DNA from: Felis catus
Taxonomy: Eukaryota
NCBI RefSeq assembly: GCF_018350175.1
Contig: NC_058368.1
Coordinates: 26,042,001 to 26,106,000, forward strand
Length of the DNA: 64,000 nt
Direction of reading: 5' to 3'
Positions 1 to 12,929 of this stretch are shown here, piece after piece. Each line of letters opens with the position of its first letter. Position 1 is the first letter of the stretch. Position numbers and translations under genes: made by a program. Below the pieces are notes generated by a model, which had not been told where the DNA came from, ran no database searches, and worked only from the letters and a program-made list of their open reading frames with translations.

Positions 1-2959
1 TTTATGTGAGTAGGGGAAATGACTTAGAGCAAAGAAACATGAGCCTGTCACACATGTAAGACAGTCTGGATTGACCAGACTATCTAAACCAGACCGATAC
101 CCTGCTGGAAGGGCACATAATGACTCAGGTGGGTACCTTTATCTATCAGGTGGCTATGAGCAGGTCAGGCACCTTGAAAAAACTTGAGGTCCATTCTTCA
201 TGCTTGGTTTCCCAAGTGCAGTTCCAGGTACCCTCAGTAACAATTACCCACAGTCATCAAGAGGCAAACAGACTCAGGCGGATCCCTCTCCCTCTCCCTC
301 TAGCATCATTGGCCAGGCAGCATTCTTCACGATTCCTGAAGGTACGGTCAGTGCTGTCAGTGCCTAATGGTGGGGCTGCCAGGTCCCAGGGGCTTCATGG
401 AGACATTTGAAAATCTGGTGGTGTTGTTCCAGGCAGTCTTATTTAAACCAAAGACAACAATGTCGCCCTGGAAAAGATGGGGCAGCCTCTGAGAACATGC
501 TTTCTACAAGCTTCTTCAAAAAAAACCAGAGCTTGCTGAAGAGATGACTGGTTTGCAGCTCATCCCCAAACTGCCCTCCTGGGAAACAGCACATCCTGAG
601 ATGCAGAACCTTTGAAGGCTAGGCCTTCCTCCTAATGCTTTTTGCTTGCAGATCCTCTTTTCAGGAGCAGCTTTTCAAGTTAGGAATTTTTCGTTATGGT
701 TGCTAGCCATCCTCCGGGGGTGGGATGTGAGGTGGAGAGGAGGGTGGATGGTGACTGCAGACGGGCTTGCCTTCCGCCCTTTAAATGGCAGTAGGGCGGC
801 TATTTCCTGTTATGTCTTCGTGTGGCCACAGGATGGCAATATTTAGGAATGTTACTGTTACCTTCCAGTGGCTGTTTACGGCCTAAATTGGAGCCCCAGT
901 AAGGCACACAAGTGACTGGTGATGTGTGTGGGACCAAGAGCTTCGAAACCAGAAGGAAGAGGAAAAGAGGAAGGGTCATTGTGAGACTTAAAACAATCCA
1001 AATACAAATATTTTGAACTGTATTTTGCAGTACACTTAGGTAAAAGTGGAACAGGGCTGAATCCGCCATGGATACCCACTGTCACGCCTGATGACGTATT
1101 TCATGCTGAGTTCTGACCATTACGGGGGATTTTTGTCCCACCCCTGGGAAGCACTTCCACAACTTTGTTCATACAGCTATTTTAGCACCTCCATGCTGTG
1201 ATATCCCATTAGACTGGAAGCCCTCTTGAGGCCAGGAGCCATGCTTTCTTTATCTGTTTCCTTGGCCCTGTAGATGCAATGTAAAGAAACCTGGGCTCAT
1301 CACATGTTAATAAAAGACTCATCGACTAAAATGTTATCAGAATTTGGGGCAAAAATTCCCTATTTGGGAACAAAAATTCAAGTTGTCAGAGAATAAGCCC
1401 CAAAGGTGAGTTCTGGCCTGAGTTTTGAGGAAGGGTCAAAGCCAGGGAAGGAGTGGTACCTATAGACTCCTCCACACTTGCCCCACCCGGCCCTGAGGGT
1501 ATGGAAGAGGGCATTGTGGGATCTAGGGAGAAGCAGAAGCAAAGGCACAGGGTGGAAATGTGAAAGGTGTGTTCAAAGCTGGTTGCAAATGCGGAGGGAA
1601 AAATAAGAGATTATGGTAAATACAACTAGAAAGGTAGGTCAGGGCCTAGAATTTGGGGAGTTTAAAAATAATGCTAAGGCAGACTTTTTAGTTGATTCCT
1701 ACCCTTTCCCCCCACTGCCCCCCCACCTCCCTCCCACTCCTGTGATTGCCCAAATTTGGGGTTGAGAAGAGGGAAGCAGCTATCTGCTTGATTACTCCCA
1801 GGAGACTGGGGGAAGGGAGTGGGAGCTGGCAATCAACAGACCCCAAGCTCTGGAGGCGGGAATGGGTGTCCTGACCAATGGTAGCTGTGGAAAGGACCCA
1901 GTGATGGCCCCAGGTGGTAAATCCCAGGTGGTAATCCCCATGGCTCCCCTGCTTCTCTGTCTCTGTGGTTCAGAGGCTGCTTTTAGCCCCACTGCCCTTG
2001 TCCCTGCCCCCATCATGGCCTCTGTGGGCCCAGAAAAGACTGCACAGGTTTTTGACTTCAGAAACTGGAAGGCAGAGCGAAGAGAGCTATCCTGCCAGCA
2101 GGAGTTGGCTGCACAGGCAGGTCCCCTGGCAAGCTTGCTGATGAGTATGGATGAACTCAGAAGCCAACAGCCCCCTGGGAAAGATGTTGCGCATGGGTCA
2201 GACCTCTCACACACAAATTCAAAAAACGCTCTTACTTTGGTTTGCAGCGTAGACATCCCTTGGTGTAGTGCAAGTTCAGCAAATTACTGGGGAGGTAGAT
2301 GCCTCTTTTATTCCAGTTAATCAGATTATATTGACTGATTAAATAGGATTTGTTAATAACATTCACTTATGAGCAGTGGAGAACTTTATTAATAAGTCAT
2401 TATGTTGGGGACTTTAAATACCTAGCATTCAAAAGCAATTCCAAATACTTTTGTATTGCAAGCTTCTGGACTGTCTAAGAACATAGCTTATGCCTGGTGG
2501 GTTGCATTCCTATAGTGCTCAAAGACATGGTTGAAAAAATACCCAGAAACCTGTCCCCAGCCTTTACAAAGTAAGCCATTGCTTTGCTCTGAAAGGTGTG
2601 TTTTTCAATTTTGCTTAGTGTTTTTTCCTAACCTTTCTTTAGAAGAGTTGCAATCCTAATTGGTGAAGAATTGCATAATAAACAAAAGAGGCTCCTCTGG
2701 GTGGTAGATGGATACATGTGATCTGTTCTCATTTTGGAGACAGAACACCTGAGACACACAAGGAATAATTTGCCTAATATGCTCCTTCCTACAGAGAGGA
2801 AAGAGTTAAGGAACTGAATGAATAGATTGGAATCCAAGAGGCCTCAACTGCTAGTCTTCCCCACTGTTTTTCCAATTTAATCAGTTCCTTAGACGTCCAT
2901 GGCCGATGGCAGCAGCTGACTTTGGGTGTGATGGCTGGTCACAGGCTGTAAAGTCAGAA

Positions 2960-3125
2960 GGGGTTGGAGTCCTGGATTTTCCATGTGGTGAATTTGGCCT
3001 AACTTTGTGACGCAGTTTCCTCGTGTGTCCCCACCTGATTGTGTTTTGAGATTAAATGAGTTATCACACGTAAAGTGTTTGGGACAGAACATGGCACATA
3101 GTAGGAACTCAATAAATGGCAGTTA
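2960..3125 (+). mobile_element. MIR SINE fragment
   Basis: MIR core/3' motif 'cagtttcctcg...gagattaaatgagttatcacacgtaaagtgtttgggacagaacatggcacatagtaggaactcaataaatgg'; boundaries approximate. Confidence 0.75.
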
Positions 3126-3412
3126 GTATAACACATACAGTTCCCGTTATGGCTGTGAGGAGGCAGAGTGGCAGGGAGGTATCCTGACCTATAGCTCCTG
3201 CCTTCAACAGCTTTGCTGTGTGGTGGGTGAAGAACATGAACGCATAAAACAAACTTACAAGGGCACACAAGGTATAAGACTCAGGAGTCATATACTCAAA
3301 AGCATTCAAATCCAGGTAGGCTACGTAAGCAAGAGAAGTGGAGGGCGTAATGAGGCACGCGGGAGGCTGAGACACTGGGAAATGCAGGTCTGTCTAAAGA
3401 CATCCAAATTCA

Positions 3413-3495
3413 ATTTTATTTTTTATTTTTTTAAAGTTTCTTTATTTATTTTGAGAGCCAGAGAGAAAAAGCATGAGTGGAAGAGGGGCAGAGAG

Positions 3496-3533
<38 letters not shown>

Positions 3534-3660
3534 CCCAAGCAGGCTCTGCACCATCAGTGGAGAGCCCCATGGGGGGCTTGAACTCACGAATGGAGAGATC
3601 ATGGCCTGAGCTGAAACTGAGATTTGGTCGCCTAACCAACTGAGTCACCCAGATACACCT
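3413..3660 (-). mobile_element. CAN-SINE (SINEC), older copy
   Basis: T-rich tail, (GA)n tract and reverse-complement tRNA-derived head ending 'gagtcacccagatacacc'; 'caaattc' on both flanks. Confidence 0.95.
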
Positions 3661-4200
3661 CAAATTCTACTTAAAAAACACTCTATGGGGTATACCAATC
3701 ACAGTTAAGGGCTATATCATTCCCAGAAGCTGATGTAATTTGTGAGTTTTGAAGCGAACAGGTGAACAGGATGGGTTAAAATCAATGAGAGAAGAACTGA
3801 AGAAACTGTATTATGGCCAAAATGAAAGGTGAAGCCTCCTGCCCTTTGGGCCTGGGATGTCTGCCCAGTCCCCACTGGGCAACCTAGATGGCGACCCAGA
3901 GATGACACTGGGCACCTCTCCCCTTCCCCAAGGTAGCAACCTGTACGCAAGGCCACCTCTTGTTTTGTTTGTTTCCTCTTCCTTCCTCCGTTTCTTCTTG
4001 ATCTCCCTTCTTTTATCTCTCATCTTTTTTTCGCCACATTTGTCACCTCCCTTCTCCCCACCTGAGGCCTGGCATGGTGTCCCTTGGTACATAGGGCCAC
4101 TGTGAAGAGTCAGCGGTGACACTCTGAACTGGGGGACAGGACCAGCACTGGTTCATTGGTTTTATACTAGACCACACCCATTGCAGAATATTCATATTTT

Positions 4201-4418
4201 ATTTTATTATTTTTTAAAATGTTTATTTAATTTTGAGAGAGAGAGAGAGAGCATAAGTGTGGGAGGGACAGAGAGAGAGGGAGACACAGAATCTCAAGCA
4301 GGCTCCAGGCCGTGAGCTGTCAGCACAGAGCCCAATGTGGGGCTTGAATCTATGATCCCTGAGATCATGACCTGAGCCAAAGTCTAACGCTTAAACAACT
4401 GAGCCACCCAGGTACCCC
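4201..4418 (-). mobile_element. CAN-SINE (SINEC)
   Basis: Full element; TSD gaatattcatatttt at 4186-4200 and 4420-4434. Confidence 0.97.
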
Positions 4419-4449
4419 TGAATATTCATATTTTAAAGTGTTAATTCTA

Positions 4450-4577
4450 GGGGCACCTGGTTGGCTCAGCTCGTTAAGCATCGGACTTCAGCTCAAGTCA
4501 TGATCTCGCGGTTCATGGGTTCGGGCCCTGTATCAGGCTCTGGGCTGACAGCTCAGAGCCTGGAGCCTACTTCAGAT

Positions 4578-4613
<36 letters not shown>

Positions 4614-4688
4614 CCTCCCTTGCTCGTGCTCTGTCTCTCTCTCTCTCTCTCAAAAATAAATAAACATAAGAAAGAAAGAAAGAAAGAA

Positions 4689-4735
<47 letters not shown>
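4450..4735 (+). mobile_element. CAN-SINE (SINEC) with (GAAA)n microsatellite tail
   Basis: Head 'ggggcacctggttggctcag', (CT)n tract, tail expanded to (GAAA)n at ~4668-4738; TSD aaagtgttaattct at 4435-4448 and 4736-4749. Confidence 0.97.
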
Positions 4736-4739
<4 letters not shown>

Positions 4740-5729
4740 TGTTAATTCTGGGAAGAGATGTTAGCATTGCAAGGAGAAGGACAGAGTAGCAAAATACAAA
4801 ACCTCAAGGTATGAAACTAGAGTGCCAATGAACTTAATTTCTGGTTCATCCCAGCATGGACCAGAAACTAATTACTCAAAGAGACAAAAACTTATTTTCT
4901 GTGTTCTAGATAAGGCACCCAAGAAATCATTTCTTGTCCTTAGCTATTAGTCCATTGGGTAAAGATAAAGCCAAGTTTCTTTTATTCTAATCTGCTGAAT
5001 TTCTCCAAGTATTCCATAAAATATTATTTGTTTGAGTTACATTGTCCACAAACATTGGTAAGAACCACACCCTGATCGTCTGTCAGTGATACGGATCTTG
5101 ACTAATTGAAGAGCCAGAAGTTAAGGAAACAAGTCAGCATAGCGATAAAGAAAAGAAAGCAAATAGTCCAACAAGGGAAATAAGAAATATGAAGCACATG
5201 TTTCTGAGTATCAGTGGGAGTGAGGGGGAGTGAGGAACTGTGGGGAAAATATGGACGGCTGGTCAATTTTAAGTGTAATATTAGAAATACAGCCTGTGTG
5301 TGTTACATTAAGAATTTGGTCCAGGCTGGAGGGCAAATCTGGACTCTATCACTTATCGTTATATTCTTAGATACGCTGTTTATCGTCTTGTGCCTCAGTT
5401 TCCTCATTAGAAAAGCGAGCATGATAACATCATGAGGATCAAATGAGTGAAGTGTTAGTGAATTATTTACACCAACACTTAGACGCAATCTGGAAATGAC
5501 AGCTGGTTTGTTTGTTTGTTTTTTGGTGGGGGCAGATAAAATCACACAATATAGTAAACTTTGCTCCCCATGTTGTTTCCTGTTGTGAGGTGTTTTCTCT
5601 TCCTCTGTCATTCAGTTGCATTCTGCTTCACTTTTTAGAAGAAAGTGCTGAGTTTGGGGGATCATATCTTGTCCCCTTATCCTCCCAGGTGTGTATGCTC
5701 TTTGAATTTTTGTGGCAATAGTTGTTCCT

Positions 5730-6470
5730 TTTTAATTTTAATTTTAATTTTTTGAAATTTAAATCCAACTTAGTTAACATGTAGTGTAATAATAATTTCA
5801 GGGATAGAATCTAGTGATTCATTACTTACATATAACACCAAGTGCTTGTCCCAACAAGTGCCCTCTTTAATGCCCATCACCCATTTAGCCCATCCCCCCA
5901 CCCAGTACCCCACCAGCAACCCACAGTTTGTTTTTTGTATTTAAGAGTCTCTCGGGGCGCCTGGGTGGCTCAGTCGGTTAAGCGTCCGACTTCGGCTCAG
6001 GTCATGATCTCACAGTTCGTGAGTTCGAGCCCCGCGTCGGGCTCTGTGCTGACAGCTCAGAGCCTGGAGCCTGCTTCACATTCTGTGTCTCCCTCTCTCT
6101 CTGCCCCTTCCCTGCTCATGCTGTGTCTCCCTCTGTCTCAAAAATAAATAAACATTAAAAAAAATTAAAAAAAAAAGAGTCTCTTATGGTTTGTCTCACT
6201 CTATTTTTATATCATATTATTTTTGCTTCCCTTCCCTTATGTTCATGTTTTGTATCTGAAATTCCACATATAAGTGAAGTCATATGATATTTGTCTTTCT
6301 CTGACGGACTGATTTCGCTTAGCATAATACACTCTAGTTCCATCCATGTTGTTGCAAATGGCAAGATCTCATTCTTTTTGGTCACCAAGTAATATTCCAT
6401 TGTATATATGTCCATCTTCTTTATCCATTCAGCCGTCCATGGACATTTGGGCTCTTTCCAAACTTTGGCT
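5730..6470 (-). mobile_element. 5'-truncated carnivore LINE-1 3' end (ORF2 C-terminus + 3'UTR), interrupted by a SINE
   Basis: ORF 6212-6415(-) 'MEYYLVTKKNEILPFATTWMELECIMLSEIS' is the L1 ORF2p C-terminus; T-rich tail at 5730; TSD gcaatagttgttcct at 5715-5729 and 6471-6485. Confidence 0.95.
5954..6174 (+). mobile_element. CAN-SINE nested in L1
   Basis: Complete SINEC; TSD aagagtctct at 5943-5952 and 6175-6184. Confidence 0.97.
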
Positions 6471-7179
6471 GCAATAGTTGTTCCTATTGTGATATCTGTT
6501 CCTTAAAATTATTCCCTGCTTCTAGGAACACCTGTACCTATGTTTCTCTTCTTGAAACCTCGATAAAGTGATAGTATTTTTACATGACAAAACCTCAACA
6601 GGAATGTAAAGATAAGGGCAGTATGTTTTGAAACCTGGTAAGCATATGGATGAGTGTTGACCAATTTGGCTGACCTGAGGGCATGGAGTCCTACACCAAC
6701 AGTTGGGAGAGTATGAATATTGTTCATATGAATAGTATGAATATTGACTAAAGGTACATTTAAGAGATAATTATATTTCAAAATATCTTCTCTCACCCTG
6801 TGTAGCCCAGGGACTGCTCCTTACCTGTTCCAGCAGAAGATGAGTATTATTTTCTAGAGAGGCTAAAAAGAGGGGGTTTATGGCCTGGGGAATACCAGCC
6901 ACAGTTGACAGTGAGGATATTACAAAAAAAAAAAAAAAAAAGGAGACTGATTCCCAGCTCTCTTCCTTCTTTAAGCTTCTGGAATATTGACAGGCCTATA
7001 ATCTCTAGGCAGGAGAGAAATCCCCAGAGAAATTTCCAGGGAAATGCCCAAGGCATTACTCCTAAAGGAATTTCTCTGGGAAATTTGACTAGCTCAAGAG
7101 TAAAGACCTAAATATGTAATATGAGAGTTTCTCTATGGGAATAACCCAGCTGGACCATCTTACACTGAAGCAGGCATCC

Positions 7180-8770
7180 AATAAGCTCCATTCATGTGTT
7201 CAGAACTTCCAAGCAGAACTTAAGTACTTTGCTCTTAAATATGATTAGACAACATAAAGTCACTAGACAGGACAGTTGAGGGTAAGCCTTCAAAAACATA
7301 GATGGGGACCAAAACAAGCAAATAGGAAAGAAAAAAAAAAAAACAACTGGAAGAAATAAATGATACATGAAAAAACTTACAAATATAATTAATATTCCCA
7401 GAGATAGCATTCATGAAAGAAGAACAGGATGCAATGAAAAAAAATCAAGGGAATAAAAAACAGTTTTGGGAACAGTATAGCTGAAATGGAAAACTCACTG
7501 GAAGGGTGGAAAATAAAGTTGTAGAAATATCTCAGAAAGTAGAACTAAAAGCAGAAGTGATGGGAAAAAGAGAAAAGGTAAAACTAGAAAAATAGAGGGA
7601 ATGAAATAATCACTAATTCAAGAAAATTTCACAGAATGAAGCACCAGAACAGTGCTGGTGAAAAAAATCCCATGTTAAGGTATATCATCATGAGTTTTCA
7701 GACCATTGAAAACAAGGGAAGTTTCTGTAGGCTTCCAGAGGAGAAAACCAAGCTGCGTACAAAGAATCAGAAATCTGAATGGCTTTGTGTTTCTCAACAG
7801 TTCTGGAGTCTAGACAGAAGTGGATCATTGCTATCAAAATTCTGACGTAAAATTATTTCTATCCTGGAACCCTACATCCAGTCAAATATCAATCAAGTGA
7901 GAGGACAGCATAAAAGCAATTTCTGGCTCACAAAATGTTTAATTCCTAAGAACTCTTTGTTGAAAAACTCCTGGGAGAGTTGTCAAGAAAAAGCATGAGT
8001 TTTAGGGAACAGAAGATCTAACAGGAAGGGACTCCTCTGGAGGTGAGGGTGAGGTACCTGTATGAGGCATGATGACAGCTGGATCAGACTGGGGCAGTTA
8101 GGATTTCCAGGAGATATGGGTTCAGGATAAAAATGACAGAAGAGTTGGGAACCTGGAGGTCTCAGTTGGTTAAGCATCCGACTCTTGATTTCAGCTCAGG
8201 TCCTGATTCAGGCAACTGAATGATTTGCCTCAGGTGGTGGAGAGATTGATGTTGACTCAATAGTAAGAACATACAAAACTAAGCAAACAAAGGAAATAAT
8301 GATGGCTTCCAGGGAAAGCAAAATTGTGCAGAAAAGTAATCAGAGAGTATTATTAAGAGAATGTGATCACTGATTATTGATCTAACCAGACTTACACACA
8401 CACACATACACAGACTGATGGATAATATGTTGAGCGGCTGCATGAGTATGTGGATGGGAGTGAGGAGGGCTAAATTCTCATCTTCCATGGTGGAAAGTCG
8501 AAGTATGGTGATTTCATCTGAAAATATGATGAAGTAATCTCAAGAATCGGATTTAATAAAACACTAAAAAAATAGCATATAAATAAGCTATTAGGAATAT
8601 GGAGGTTAATGGCAAGAGAATGAGCTAAGCAGATAAGAAAGTGGTTGCCTCTGGCATGGAGAAAATAAGAGACAATGTGCTGACCCACTGTTGTTTTCCA
8701 TAATCAGCCTTGTAAAACTATTTCACTCCTTAAATGTATGCATGCATAACATGGATAGAAAGAAACAAAC
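7180..8770 (+). mobile_element. Ancient degraded LINE-1 (L1M-type) fragments, ORF1-like then 3'UTR-like, with a short SINE head at ~8148-8210
   Basis: Strongly A-rich strand with decayed L1 ORF1-like phrases ('attcaagaaaatttcacagaatgaag', 'atcaaaattctgacgtaaaattatttctatcctggaaccctacatccagtcaaa'); subfamily and limits uncertain. Confidence 0.65.
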
Positions 8771-10405
8771 AGAACCAGATGTGACCCTTGCATCACCAGC
8801 TTTTATCTTTGACAATTTAATGTACACGTGTTGCAATTTGACACATTACTCACTGTAAATAATGCATTGTTTTTGCGCAGGGTACCTGTGTCTCTTCTAA
8901 TTGTGCTACCTTCCTCGATGGCGTTTGCTTTTGGCTGTGTTTGAAATTCAATTTGCAATTACATTTTAGTAACTTCTCTTGAGTCTTTCCATTAACATCA
9001 GTGGATAGCTCATTTCTCTGCTTGGCTTTTCAGGAAATAGCTCATCTCTGGTCTGGCCTTACCGTGCTCCTTAACAAACAACTTCCATTTTTGATATGTT
9101 TCTGGGTCTACAGGAGGCATATTTGTTTTTGTTTTATACCTACATTTGTGTTATTGTTTGGTGGTGACATTACTCCTAAATAAATAGGATCAAAGGAAGA
9201 ACTTGCAGATCGCCAAAGATTAAAAGTATGTGTATATGTTGATGATAGGAGGTAAACTTGTCGGAAGTTGTCCTAAGAACAGTCAGAGGTGAAGGTAAAG
9301 ATTTTCACATAAAGATGTCCATCCAAGCCTTATTTGTGACAGAAAAGCATTGTAATACCCCTAACATCTAAGTGGAGAGGATTATAGTACATTCAAATGA
9401 TGGGACTATATATAGCTATTCGGTGACATATTAAAGAGAAAATCTATTACTTTGGAAACCTATTTGTATTTATATCTAGCTAAGGGAAATAAATAGATCA
9501 GTAGACCAAATGACATTATTATCAGCATATCATTTTTGTAAAAATAATAGTCTATGTAAATATAAAAGAAAGGAAAGACATATATTAAAATGCTTATAGT
9601 TATCATTGCTGCTAAGTGAGATTGTAAGTAACCTTTACTTTGTTATGTTGTTTTCCAAGCCTTCCCCAGGAAGCATGAACACGTTTTGTAATTGGGGAGA
9701 AACTGCTATTTGAAAAACAAATCGAACAAAATGCATAGCTTGACTTTTTTTTCTTGCCACTGGGAGGAATCAGCTTTGCTGGAATTGAGATTGTTGGAGA
9801 AAAACAGTAGAAATCCTTTTGATCGATGCTTTCTTTTCCATGGTTCTGGGTTTGGAACGCTTAACATATTTGGGGGAGTTGTGTTATTTGTTCTGGCCGT
9901 GTGAGTAGACTTGTTTCTTATCTTACCCTGGATTCCTCAGATTACTGCCATTTTAAAGTAGTTTGTAACAGTATGGCTACTCAAGCCATTCTAAGGTATC
10001 AGATTTAATAGATTTGCTATTTGACTTAAATCAAAGGTTCTCTAATTGGAGAGCTAGGTAACCTGCCAGTTCCTAGGCAATTAGAAGATTAAACTCCCTA
10101 TATGTTTTTCCCCTACGTGCTTAGACAAGAGGCTTTTTGTTACCATATAAATCTTTAATGATACACTTGAAGCGGCGATTACAAGGATACTGAAATTTGG
10201 TAAAACACTCACACCAGACCACAGAGAGGAGGGTGCAGAAGTGGTATCTGTAACGCAGTTGAAACAGTGCCAGTGTAAGTGGGCTGGAAATGACAGCTCA
10301 CACTGCTAGAACCGCTTTCAAGATGCCCATGTCCGGGACTGGCAGGAGAATGGCCCAGGTTGACAGGATGGTTCCCTGAATCATTACCTTTGATCTTCAA
10401 TTTTA

Positions 10406-10620
10406 TTTATTTTTACTTTTTTTAAGTTTATTTGTATTTGAAAGAGAGAGAGCATGAGCGCAAGCGGGAGAGGGGCAGAGAGGGACGGAGAGACAGAGAA
10501 TCCCAAGCAGGCTCTGCACTGTCAGCTCAGAGCCCAACATGGGGCTTGAACTCACGAACTGTGAGATCACAACCTGAGCCACACTTGGGTGCTTAACTGA
10601 CTGAGGCCCCCAGGCGCCCC
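10406..10620 (-). mobile_element. CAN-SINE (SINEC)
   Basis: Complete reverse-complement SINEC ending 'caggcgcccc'; 'caatttta' on both flanks. Confidence 0.95.
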
Positions 10621-11994
10621 AATCCCCAATTTTAGGCAGAAAACTCTATGAGGTAGAGGATGGTAGCTGGATCTTAGGGCTAAGCCATCTGAGCCCTTTA
10701 AAAAATTCCCTTTGACACACAAGGCTGTGTTTATCCACGCTGTGCCAAGCATCCATAGAAACACATATGGAGTGACTTGAAATCAGTTGAGAACTGACTC
10801 CACCTTATGGGACAGTGGTGTATCTGAAAGTTTAAAACAGTTGCCAGAGTGATTTTTCACTCACAATCTCATCAAAAGGGTTGTGTTTATGGGGCCCTGG
10901 GAGAGGCACCCAGCAACAGACAAGCTCTCCAGAGCATACAACATGAGGAAGCATGCACAAAAATTGTGTAGACAAGCGAATCAAACTAGCCACAAGACAA
11001 ACACCGATAAGTATTTACAACGTGTAGCTACCAAGAGGGTAAGTGCCTTCAAAGAAAGGGTGGTGAGTGAAAGAGAATTCTTAAGACTAATGAACCACTC
11101 ACAGGATAACGAAGAGTAGGTGCTGAGCTCTTGGGAAATGTCTGAATATCCACGGCAGAGCGATCCTGATTGGATCCACCTACTCTTTCGGCCCTTTCGG
11201 TTAGTGTCTCTTCAGCCTTGTATGCGACTCAGTCCATTTATGCACCCTGTACAGGGCATAACCTGCACTGTGTGAGTGTCTTTTCTTCTGCCGTCTAGTC
11301 CTGGATCCCTGATCTTGTGTCTCAAGTCCATGCATACGAATCACAAGATTCAAGAATTGCCTGAAAATTCAACATCAAACTGTGTTTTTGTATATGTGAC
11401 TCTCAAAGGGATCCCTGACTCAAAAACAGGTGAAGAGCCCCTGGTTTATGTGGGTGCATACATTTTTGATTTGCTGTGTATTAATATATAACATCCACTT
11501 ACTGAAAACATACCCAGCACCATGCTTGGAGCTTTACTATACATTCTTTCATTTAATCGCCATTCAATCCAGGGTGAGTTCATAATATCATTCATGTTAT
11601 TCTGGAAGAATCGTATTCACTGTGATTCACTGTACTTACCTAGGATCGCACCACCAATGAATGTCAGAGTTGTGTGCTGGTGGGCCTCCCTCTCCCCTGG
11701 GAGGCAAGGCTTGGTCTTCCCCAAAAGTCAGTACAGAAGGCCAGGCATGACGCAAGCCTGTCTTCACGGTCAGTGATCAAGATTCACTGATTGCCTGACT
11801 GCCAGCCCAAGATGGCGGGTATCAAGTATGGGGGAGGGGAACATGTCCGTAAAAAGGTTCAATCTCTGCAGGCTTTATGAAAACTTCAGGCCCTACAGGA
11901 TCTCTGTCACCCAACCTTGCTTTCCCTCATACTCAAAGGATCTCTAATAAAACTCCAATTAAGAAAAGATGATCTCTTATATTATTCAGGTGAA

Positions 11995-12345
11995 AGGGAG
12001 GAAGTTCTTGACATGTGCTGCTACCTGGAGGAACCTTGAGAACGTTAGGCTACGTGAAGTAAGCCAGTCACAAAACGACCAATACTGAAAGATGCCACTT
12101 ATCTGGGGTACCTAGAGTTGTCAAACTCACAGGGGACCGAAAGTAGCAAGGTCGTTGTTGGGGGTTGGGGGCGGTCAGAACGGGGACTTACTGTTTACTG
12201 GGTATGGAGTTTCAGTTTTGCAAGATGAAAAGAGTTCTGGTGATCAGTTGCACAACAGTGTGAAAGTCTGAAGCCCTGCTGAAGCGTACTCTCAAAAATG
12301 GTTAAGATGGTAAATTTTGTTATATGTATTTAACCACAATTAAAA
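11995..12345 (+). mobile_element. LINE-1 (L1MB-like) 3' end
   Basis: 'gaaccttgagaacgttaggctacgtgaagtaagccagtcacaaaa...aaaatggttaagatggtaaattttgttatatgtatttaaccacaattaaaaa', typical of the L1MB 3' end. Confidence 0.85.
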
Positions 12346-12695
12346 ATAGAAAGGAAAAAAAAAAAAGACCGCTGTGAGGTCACTAGCAGCAAATTCTGTA
12401 GATGCATGGTTATTTGTGTCCGTTGGTCATTCACCCTACAGCAAGTGGGAGAGTAGAAACAGCAAGTGCCCCAGAGGAATAGGGGTGAGTGTGAGGCCCT
12501 CCCCGGTGGAACCCTGGGCTGCCCCATCTACACCCCTGTTCCAGGTATATGCTTCGCGCTCTGCTAGAGAGGATAGCTTCCAGTTGACCTTGTCTTCAGG
12601 TTTGCAGTTCATCGGATCGGAACGAGGAACTGTTTGTAATGAGTCCCTCTACCAAATTCTGTTCAAGTCTCCCACTTTTTATCTTTAACAACTTA

Positions 12696-12929
12696 GGGGC
12701 ATCTGGGTGGCTTAGTTGGTTAAGCGTCCGACTGCGGCTCAGGTCATGATCTTGCAGTTCGTGAGTGCGAGCCCCACACTGAGCTCTGTGCTGACAACTC
12801 AGAGCCTGCTTTGGATCCTCTGTCTTCCTCACTCTTTCTCTCTTCCCTTCCCCCACTTGTGCACAGGCACATGCGCGCGCTCTCTCTCTCTCTTCCCCAC
12901 TCTTTCAAAAATAAACATTTAGGAAAAAC
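12696..12929 (+). mobile_element. CAN-SINE (SINEC)
   Basis: Complete SINEC; TSD aacaactta at 12687-12695 and 12930-12938. Confidence 0.95.

Noticed and set aside
1792..2320. Overlapping 154-aa (-) and 152-aa (+) ORFs
   Set aside because: No recognisable domain or exon structure; stop-poor GC-richer sequence gives such ORFs by chance.
6825..6853. 29-nt minus-strand micro-exon (ctctag|...CAG|gtaagg)
   Set aside because: Very short, frame-shifting, and no partner exons identified.
11808..11818. YY1 consensus caagatggcgg
   Set aside because: Isolated motif without CpG island or other promoter evidence.
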